64,000 nt of DNA. Source: a virus. Positions 56,955 through 64,000 of the stretch are shown in pieces. Within the stretch, counting starts at the first letter, position 1, and each line of letters opens with the position of its first letter. Location of the stretch: positions 103,364 through 167,363 of IMG/VR virus record IMGVR_UViG_3300035670_000018, one strand, 5' to 3'. The notes beneath the pieces are model-generated. The model was not told the DNA's origin. It saw only the letters and a list, made by a program, of their open reading frames with translations, and searched no databases. The translations under genes and the position numbers were made by a program.

Positions 56955-57019
56955 ATGCGGTGGATGCATACCAGCTATGCGTTTGATAGTCTTGAATATT
57001 CGACTTGCCGACACTATCT
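56955..57019 (+). promoter_or_regulatory. Repeated promoter copy 6
   Basis: ATGC-N7-GCAT-N7-ATGC-N10-CTTGAA-N15-CACTATCT. Confidence 0.78.
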
Positions 57020-57049
57020 TATGTGTATCGCAACAATGGAGACTACCAC

Positions 57050-57685
57050 ATGGCTATCGCTTGGAAAGAGAATCAGCACGGCTTTGAAGGCACCCAGACC
57101 GACTGGTCGGGCTATGTGCTTGAAAAGATTGTAGATCACAGCTATCGGATCATGTCCGATATTTGGGGTACTGCGGACTGGGCTCTTGTCTGGGACGAAA
57201 AGTCTAACGCTCCCAAGCGTTTGCTTGTCAATGTCTATGACATGAATCCCTCGGGCTGGTCGCCGTCTGAAATCGTAGTTGACGCTACGGAAGAGGTCAA
57301 GGCCAAGTATCGGGACTTTCAGGTCAAGCGGTTGTACGAACAGCTTCTTGGTAGCGCGGAGATTGCAGCCCGTCAGATTGAGAAGGGCTGTATCGCAAAG
57401 GTTGTCAAGGGCAAGAACGGCAAGGGTACTGTCGGGAAGGTTGTTGTCATGATGGATGCAACCTACGGTATGGGCTGGCGCTCTTCCGTAGAGAAGAAGC
57501 TGGCGATTGCCACCTCTGACGTTAAGGTCAAGAAGGCCTTACGCTCGGGTAAGGTTGCTGAGGTCTATCAGGATGTCGTGTGGGTTTGGGCTCGTAATGT
57601 CGAGCGGGTAGATATCGCTGAAATCAACCAGCATATGCTCTGGCTTGAAGCGGAGAAGCGGGTGGTACGTCCCATCGCGGCCTGA
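57050..57685 (+). CDS. Hypothetical protein with KOW-like motif, probably early
   Basis: GGAG SD; KVVKGKNGKGTVGKV. Confidence 0.65.
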   Translation: MAIAWKENQHGFEGTQTDWSGYVLEKIVDHSYRIMSDIWGTADWALVWDEKSNAPKRLLVNVYDMNPSGWSPSEIVVDATEEVKAKYRDFQVKRLYEQLLGSAEIAARQIEKGCIAKVVKGKNGKGTVGKVVVMMDATYGMGWRSSVEKKLAIATSDVKVKKALRSGKVAEVYQDVVWVWARNVERVDIAEINQHMLWLEAEKRVVRPIAA

Positions 57686-57865
57686 GCCTCCCGCTCCAGC
57701 CGCTTCCTACCGCGTCCAAAACGAAGTCAACAAAATCAATCACTTAGCCGAACGACAAATCAATGACTTAGCCCATGCTCTGGCCGCATAGCAGGTATGC
57801 AAGGTCCGACGTTGAAATTCCGACGGTCGGACCCCATATCTATAGAGTAACAAGAGAGGTTCCAA
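57647..57865 (+). repeat. Composite element copy 2, including repeated promoter copy 7 (57775-57841)
   Basis: Aligns with 9158-9335; IHF-like sites at 57734 and 57758. Confidence 0.85.
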
Positions 57866-58062
57866 TGTCCCGTAAGATCAAGCTTCCTGACACGGTTCTC
57901 CATCATGAAAATGTGAGTGTTCGTCTGGCTGTGCAGAACCTCATGCGGGCTGTACAAGCCGCTAAGTCTGGTGATGTAGACGACATGGCCACTTTCATCC
58001 GTCTGGCTCATATGTTTGAGCAGGACATTCCTTCTGAAATCCGTTTCGCAAAGGGTCGCTAA
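57865..58062 (+). CDS. Hypothetical protein, probably early
   Basis: GAGG SD after the repeated promoter. Confidence 0.6.
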   Translation: MSRKIKLPDTVLHHENVSVRLAVQNLMRAVQAAKSGDVDDMATFIRLAHMFEQDIPSEIRFAKGR

Positions 58063-58355
58063 TGGTTAAGGCTAAAGAAAAGAAGACAGTTCCGATTGAT
58101 GCTCTTATTGAGTATGCTAATGGCTATCTCGCAGCCGACTTTCCAAACGGCGACTCGCCGCAAGCTATCGCTCGGCGCACGGGCTTGATTGATATGCTGG
58201 AGCAGGCTCTGGCTACGGCCCAGCGATATCGCGGATACTCTTATCTTGACCAGCGCGGCTTTGTTCACTGCAAGCCTGGTATTAGGTGGGTTGAGGGTCA
58301 AGAGCCTAAACACTCTTTCTATGAAACTGATCCCACTCGTCGGAGGTATGCATAA
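58062..58355 (+). CDS. Hypothetical protein
   Basis: Coupled stop/start. Confidence 0.6.
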   Translation: MVKAKEKKTVPIDALIEYANGYLAADFPNGDSPQAIARRTGLIDMLEQALATAQRYRGYSYLDQRGFVHCKPGIRWVEGQEPKHSFYETDPTRRRYA

Positions 58356-58565
58356 TGGCTAAGATAAAGGACTTTCTCATCGGCGTGGAAGAGTTGGTCT
58401 GGTCGGCCCTTGAGAAGGGAATGACTGACGAGGAAAATATCTACTCCTACGTGTATATGCACGAACCGCGTGTAGATAGGGATACAGTCAAGAATATGCT
58501 TGACAGTATGCTCGGTTCCGAGTATTATATGCAGGTAAATCAGTAACAAACACAGGAAAACACAC

Positions 58566-59072
58566 ATGTCTAAGATGGCTGCTCAATTTGTCGCTCTTGA
58601 ATTCCTTAAGCAGAAGGGTTCTGCTACTCCCGCAGAAATCAATGCCCACGTCGGCAATGGTAACTATGCCGCAAAGTATATCTGCTATCTCAAGCTTTAC
58701 GGCTATGAGATTGAGACTGTAAAGGACGGTCGTACCGTTACCGAATACAAGTTCATCTCGGACGGCGATTCTGCCACTCGCAATTTCAAGTGGGTGCCGC
58801 CTGCTGAACGTGGCAAAGCCAAGACGCCGAAGGCTAAGGCTGTCAAGCAGCCGAAGGCTAAGGCTGTCAAGGTGCGTCAGTCCAAGCAGACTGCGGCGCC
58901 TGTCAAGAAGGCCGCGCGGAATGCGCTCAAGGATCGTGCTGACAAGGAAGCGGATGCTCTGCTCCGTGAAATCGGCATGAAGAATGCTGGTGAGTACGCT
59001 GGTGGTACCTACTCTGTTGATCCCGACTGGGACAGCATGGACGGTATTGACGTTGCAAACTTCCTCAAGTAA
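58566..59072 (+). CDS. Probable DNA-binding protein: wHTH-like domain plus Lys/Ala/Pro-rich repeat
   Basis: PKAKAVK x2; own TTGACA-N17-TATTAT promoter. Confidence 0.6.
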   Translation: MSKMAAQFVALEFLKQKGSATPAEINAHVGNGNYAAKYICYLKLYGYEIETVKDGRTVTEYKFISDGDSATRNFKWVPPAERGKAKTPKAKAVKQPKAKAVKVRQSKQTAAPVKKAARNALKDRADKEADALLREIGMKNAGEYAGGTYSVDPDWDSMDGIDVANFLK

Positions 59073-59082
59073 GGAGATATGA

Positions 59083-59298
59083 ATGAATAAGCGATGGCTT
59101 TTGGCAGGGTTAGCAGCCCTGCCTTTTATCGGTGTAGCTAATGCTGCACTCAACCGCAACTCTGCTACTTGGCGAGTGCCGCCTGGTATCAAAAAGATCC
59201 GTGTTCGGTCATGGAATCCAAATGGTAAGGCCAATCTTGATCGGACACTGAACGTCAAGCCTGGTGAGTTTTTTCGTATTGACGCAATTGAGAACTAG
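59083..59298 (+). CDS. Small exported protein
   Basis: Signal peptide ending ANA. Confidence 0.55.
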   Translation: MNKRWLLAGLAALPFIGVANAALNRNSATWRVPPGIKKIRVRSWNPNGKANLDRTLNVKPGEFFRIDAIEN

Positions 59299-59501
59299 CA
59301 TGATGAAATACTTCTATGGATTTCTACGGGCTCTCGGATTTGCCACTATAATCTGTTTGATTTTGATTATCGTAGCAGCGCCGTTCTTTCTGATCGGCAC
59401 GTACCTGTCTCATACAACAATCGGTCTGTATCTCATGTTGGGATGGCTTGTTGTTGTTTTTTCTGCTATCTTCTCTCCACTCTTTGTGAAGGACTAATGA
59501 A

Positions 59502-59888
59502 ATGATGAAGCGTATTCTTTCTGCTGTTGGTATTGTTGGTGTTGCTCTCGGTCTCGGTGCATGTACCGATGCTCAGATGGCATCACAGAACTTGTCCAAG
59601 GCCGCTGACTATTTTGAAATTCAGCGCCGTATCGTGTTCTATAACGGTATCACCGATTCGTATATGTTGACGATTGAGGGTCTTTGTTCTATTAAAAAAG
59701 ACAATCAGGACGTTCAGCTTGAAGTGACTTGTAAGACTGGACCGAGCGAGTACAAGAAGCATTTTCTTGGCATCTCGGACAACGTGACATATTTCGTTGA
59801 ACAGTTGCAGAATGCTAATGTGAGTGCGTACCACTATCGCGTGGTGTTCAAGCCTGCTGCTATTATTCCTGACATTGAGGTGAGGTAA
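59502..59888 (+). CDS. Conserved phage lipoprotein
   Basis: Lipobox LGAC; RRIVFYNGITD; LG.SDNVTYFVEQ. Confidence 0.8.
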   Translation: MMKRILSAVGIVGVALGLGACTDAQMASQNLSKAADYFEIQRRIVFYNGITDSYMLTIEGLCSIKKDNQDVQLEVTCKTGPSEYKKHFLGISDNVTYFVEQLQNANVSAYHYRVVFKPAAIIPDIEVR

Positions 59889-60318
59889 TGGGTAAATTTC
59901 CTGCTGCATTAGCTGCTCTTGTAATCGTTGGTGGTAGCATTATGATCGGTATAGTTGGTTTCGGATTGGGCAAAGAAGATTTGCGCGGCCGATATCATCT
60001 GTGTATTGAACTTGGTGCGCCTCAACAAAACTGCATTGACGAGTTTTTGGGGAAACGCAAATGAACGAACAGTTATACAAAGATACCGATGTGAGAGTCA
60101 TTGACCAGCGTATTGGTATGGGTATTGGTGGTCTTGATACAGTGCTTCGCCTGTATCATAAGCCCACTGGTATTCTTATTGAAATGCCTCGTATCAACAG
60201 AAATCAGTACCAAGATAAGGTACTGGCTTTTGAGATGTTAGAATACGCACTTGCAGGAGTGAAGTAAAGATGATATAATGATTCTACAAAACGCAATAAG
60301 GTATTTGGAAAACAATCA

Positions 60319-60849
60319 ATGAACATCTTCCAGATTGACAATGATCCTAAGCAAGCGGCTGAGTGGATGGTGGACAAGCATGTGGTAAAAATGGTACTTG
60401 AAACCGCACAGTTATTGTCTACCGCCCATCGGCTGCTTGATGGTGTTCAGTATGTTGATAAGACAAAGACTGGCCGCAATGTCAAGCGTTGGCGTCTGTC
60501 TGATGAACGTGAGCAAGTGCTGTATTCAGCCACACATATCAATCATCCTTCCGCTGTGTGGTGTCGTGAGAATCTTCATAACTATAACTGGCTGTATGAT
60601 CATTTCGTAGCGTTGCTTCACGAATATACATATCGTTATGGTAAGGTGCATAAGTGTGCACCGATGGCATTGACTTTACGTTTCACACCGCAGCGCATAC
60701 CGCTTGGTAATCTAACGCCAGTAACGCCTGCAATGCCTGATGAATACAAAGTGCCTGGTGATAGTGTAGAATCATATCGCAACTATTATCGTGTGGCCAA
60801 AGAAAGAATGCATTCATGGAAGAACAGAGAGGTACCACCGTGGATATGA
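60319..60849 (+). CDS. Pyrimidine dimer DNA glycosylase (DenV)-like protein
   Basis: MNIF...DKHVVKM.LE.AQLLST; H.NHP; YR.YY. Confidence 0.8.
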   Translation: MNIFQIDNDPKQAAEWMVDKHVVKMVLETAQLLSTAHRLLDGVQYVDKTKTGRNVKRWRLSDEREQVLYSATHINHPSAVWCRENLHNYNWLYDHFVALLHEYTYRYGKVHKCAPMALTLRFTPQRIPLGNLTPVTPAMPDEYKVPGDSVESYRNYYRVAKERMHSWKNREVPPWI

Positions 60850-60993
60850 CGCCCGACAAAGATGAAATCATTGCTGCTCTGAACGAAGTCATCCGCGAAC
60901 AGCAAGATACGATTGAGAGACTTAATCTGTCGATATTGTACCGTGAGATTGAGTATCAGAAACTATCAGAACGATACGCAAAGGAAACACATC

Positions 60994-61338
60994 ATGAATC
61001 ATGATGAACTACAGAATCTAATTGGTCGTCTTCGCTCGGCGTGTAATGATAAAGATAACTTTCCACGAATGGATTCGGAACTGTGCGTGAACGCCAAGAC
61101 TGCAAAGGAAGCGGCCGATGAACTAGAAGAGATTCTAAAGCTGCTTGAGAAGCAACAGAAGATCATTCGGCGTATCTATGTTGACCATTTCCCTGATACA
61201 TACTTTGTGTGTGGTGAAAGTGGCAGCAAAGATCAGAATGGACTGCCTGATCGCATTGAAGTCTGCCCTGCATATGGTGTAGACTGGTCGCAGATTTATG
61301 AGCGAACTGATAGACAGATTGGTGGAATGGGATCGTAA
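60994..61338 (+). CDS. Hypothetical protein
   Basis: ORF track; AAGGA SD. Confidence 0.55.
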   Translation: MNHDELQNLIGRLRSACNDKDNFPRMDSELCVNAKTAKEAADELEEILKLLEKQQKIIRRIYVDHFPDTYFVCGESGSKDQNGLPDRIEVCPAYGVDWSQIYERTDRQIGGMGS

Positions 61339-61742
61339 TGGCTAAATCACAATATCATTTTCATAATCATAACGTCAGGGCCGAAACGCATGTGACTGAG
61401 AGAAGGGCACCGACCGATGAGTCTGTGCGTCTTCTCAAGGAGATGGAGTTTGAAGCCAAGCAGAAGATCGTTGAGTCGATCACTGTCAACAACACCACGT
61501 TTGAGTGTAGCATTCAGATGAACATTGATCCAATCAATGATAAATCGGTGTATTGGATTGTATATAAGCTGAACGGCAAACAGGGAAAACTTGAAGTTGG
61601 TATTCCTAACTACAGAAATTTGACAGACATTGAAAAGGTTATTCATGTTCGTGATGAACTGGCCAAAGACATTGCTGCAAACATGATTGATGACCTACTC
61701 AGAACCGAACGCACACGAAATCTGTTTCTGCGCGGATACTGA
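61338..61742 (+). CDS. Hypothetical protein
   Basis: ORF track. Confidence 0.55.
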   Translation: MAKSQYHFHNHNVRAETHVTERRAPTDESVRLLKEMEFEAKQKIVESITVNNTTFECSIQMNIDPINDKSVYWIVYKLNGKQGKLEVGIPNYRNLTDIEKVIHVRDELAKDIAANMIDDLLRTERTRNLFLRGY

Positions 61743-61935
61743 GATGCACGAACACATTGACAAGGCGGCCGAAGCTGCAATAGATAAGCATGAGAGGCTT
61801 CTTCATCTGAAAACGATGGAGTTGCTTCTCGGCTCTATGGTTGCACGACAAGGCGTCAAAGAGACGCGCAAGCTTTTGTTGCAGTATGCAAGGCATCTGA
61901 GAGAGTTTCACACATAGGAGATACTAAATAGTAGC

Positions 61936-62190
61936 ATGATATATTCATTTATTGACACAGAAACCGAAGAAGAGTTTGAACTTGAGATGACATATGATCA
62001 ACTCAAGGCGTTCTTAGAAGCAAATCCACGCTTCAATCAAACATTCAAAATGAATCTTTGTGATCCCGTTCGCATGGGAGTGACAAGACCACCTACTGAT
62101 TTCTCAAAATATGTTTTAGGTAGAGTGAAAGAAACAAATCCATTAGGTGGTGCAGTAGAGAGAAGATACACAATACCCAAAGAAGTATGA
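61936..62190 (+). CDS. Conserved small protein upstream of phoH
   Basis: Late promoter TACTAAATA at 61923; Y.F.D.ET.E. Confidence 0.6.
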   Translation: MIYSFIDTETEEEFELEMTYDQLKAFLEANPRFNQTFKMNLCDPVRMGVTRPPTDFSKYVLGRVKETNPLGGAVERRYTIPKEV

Positions 62191-62273
62191 GTATCAAACA
62201 CAAAAGAAGACGAGTTTCAAAAGGAGATGGTCACGCAGGTGATTCGTCTCCTTTTGCTTTTAAAGGAGCCAAA

Positions 62274-62984
62274 ATGTCTAAGAAACCAAAGAACAAGACT
62301 AGACAACCAGAAGCACAAAAGCAGGCTGCTCATTTTGAGTTAAGACACATCAAGCCGCTTACACCAAATCAGGAGAAAGCATTCAATGCGTATCGACAAG
62401 GTTACCACCTCATGCTCCACGGTTTTGCTGGAACAGGCAAAACATTCTGTGCCCTCTATCTTGCTCTAAATGAAATCTTGACAGGCAACTCAATATACAA
62501 TAAAATAATCATTGTGCGTTCAGTTGTACCTTCCAGAGACATGGGATTTCTTCCTGGTTCTATGAAAGAAAAAGCTGCTGTGTATGAAGAACCATACCGC
62601 GAGATTTGTGATAGTCTCTTTGGGCGTGGCGATGGATATGATATACTGAAGATGAAAGGTATTGTTCAGTTTACGACAACATCATTCTTGCGTGGTATCA
62701 CATTCAATAACGCAATCGTGATACTGGATGAAAGTCAGAACTTGTCATTCCAAGAAGCAGACACAGTAATGACTCGTATGGGTGATGAGAGCCGCATCAT
62801 TGTATGTGGTGACTTCAGACAGACAGACTTGGTAAAGCCACATGAGCGTGAAGGCATCACTCAGCTTATGGCAATCACCAAGCGAATAAATACTTTTCAT
62901 CATGTAGATTTCCAGAAAGAGGACATTGTGCGTTCTGGTCTGGTCAAGTCATACATCATCCAAAAGGACGCAATGGGGCTATGA
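62274..62984 (+). CDS. phoH: PhoH-like ATPase
   Basis: GFAGTGKT; GFLPG; LRGITF; DESQN; DIVRSGLV. Confidence 0.95.
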   Translation: MSKKPKNKTRQPEAQKQAAHFELRHIKPLTPNQEKAFNAYRQGYHLMLHGFAGTGKTFCALYLALNEILTGNSIYNKIIIVRSVVPSRDMGFLPGSMKEKAAVYEEPYREICDSLFGRGDGYDILKMKGIVQFTTTSFLRGITFNNAIVILDESQNLSFQEADTVMTRMGDESRIIVCGDFRQTDLVKPHEREGITQLMAITKRINTFHHVDFQKEDIVRSGLVKSYIIQKDAMGL

Positions 62985-63814
62985 AGACATTCAAACAATA
63001 TCTAGAAGAGCAGTTATGGTCTGCTATCAAACTACCAGACGGTACAATCAAGAGAGGAAAGTTCCCTCATTCATCTCATGAAGAGATCCGCGATAAGCAT
63101 GGACTTGAGATTACAAAAGATCACAAGATGGGGTTTGTTATGGTCAAGGACGGCAAGAAGACATTCATGGATCGTTCTGAAGCTGCAAAGCATATCGGTC
63201 GACAAACTGACAGAGCAGACAGCACACACTTGAAACCACGCGACCAGATCAATCGTGATGATGATCCTTTTGCAGGAAGTTATGCATCGCCCGACCAGAT
63301 CAAATCAAATGTTTTAGCGATGAGAAAGTTTGGCACAATCCTCAAAGAAGGTAATCCTCTCTCGCGTATGAGAAGTCTTGAAAAAGAAGGTAGACACTTC
63401 ATTGCCATCTCAACTGAAAGACCAGGCTTGTCAAAGAAAGAAGTCTCGGCAAGAAATCAGAAACTTGTTTCTATGGCAAGAGAAGCTGGCTTTGGTGTTC
63501 GTAAGGCTGAAGGACGATACGAAGGTAGCAAAGAATCCTCACATATCATTCATGCTAAAGAACCTGGTCGTGAAGCTGGTGCAGAACTTGTAGCTTTTGG
63601 TCGTAAAGCAGGCAAACACTTTGATCAAGATTCTGTCTTGCATCATAATGGTAAAACTGCTAGACTAATAGGTACAAACACAACCGGTTTTCCGGGAATG
63701 GATAAGTCAGAAAAAGTTGGTGGTAAACTCAAATACAACAACCCTGAGTCGCCATTTCAAACTGAACTCAGACCTTCAAAGAAAAGATCACCAGCAAGAT
63801 TTACTACGGAGTGA
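62981..63814 (+). CDS. Two-domain probable internal head protein
   Basis: MKTFKQYLEE; internal LKEG; FDQDSVL. Confidence 0.6.
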   Translation: MKTFKQYLEEQLWSAIKLPDGTIKRGKFPHSSHEEIRDKHGLEITKDHKMGFVMVKDGKKTFMDRSEAAKHIGRQTDRADSTHLKPRDQINRDDDPFAGSYASPDQIKSNVLAMRKFGTILKEGNPLSRMRSLEKEGRHFIAISTERPGLSKKEVSARNQKLVSMAREAGFGVRKAEGRYEGSKESSHIIHAKEPGREAGAELVAFGRKAGKHFDQDSVLHHNGKTARLIGTNTTGFPGMDKSEKVGGKLKYNNPESPFQTELRPSKKRSPARFTTE

Positions 63815-63944
63815 GTATGAGTTACAGTAAAGAGTGTTTAGATTACATAAAAGAATGTTTAGTCAAAGAAGATCGTAAGCCTATTGGCATGTATGGAACG
63901 TGGGCATATTATGCTGCAAAGAAAAAAGAGCACGAGAAAAACAA

Positions 63945-64000
63945 ATGCCAAGATTAGTTCTCATTACAGGTGGATTTGATCCAGTACATTCAGGTCACAT
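63945..64000 (+). CDS. Start of a cytidylyltransferase-like protein, truncated by the window end
   Basis: MPRLVLITGGFDPVHSGH. Confidence 0.75.
   Translation, partial: MPRLVLITGGFDPVHSGH

Noticed and set aside
1-64000. Alternative genetic code
   Set aside because: Core genes read through intact under the standard code and all three stops terminate genes; only two isolated in-frame stops were seen.

Overview
64 kb of a large T4-like myophage genome, almost entirely on the + strand. The host is probably an alphaproteobacterium: tRNA-His lacks G-1 and has A73, the promoters are CTTGAA-N15-CCCCATAT type, and the L,D-transpeptidase and RlpA genes fit. The window holds replication and recombination genes (gp43, uvsX, gp40, gp41, gp61, rnh) and nucleotide metabolism genes (thyX, class II RNR, glutaredoxin, phoH). 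It also holds four free-standing GIY-YIG-type endonucleases plus a DenA-like nuclease, a sugar-modification cluster, Dps, a block of capsid-targeted proteins including a 1309-aa multidomain protein, a GH19 endolysin with holin candidates, and an RNA-repair module with a split Rnl1. From 11.6 to 19.4 kb there is an array of 30 tRNA genes covering all 20 amino acids, interleaved with many structured non-tRNA RNAs. The best candidate for a new system is a ribosome-dependent transcription attenuator at 12352-12566 upstream of the main tRNA array. Its 28-codon leader peptide uses 18 different amino acids and is followed by mutually exclusive antiterminator and terminator helices, which suggests a sensor of general tRNA shortage. 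Other highlights are two tRNA-Arg genes with no D-arm and a D-loop-like motif moved 3' of the anticodon arm, seven copies of a LysR-box/RpoH-like promoter (two with tandem IHF sites), and a duplicated kissing-loop RNA. All calls were made by eye from the sequence and ORF track; no database searches were run.
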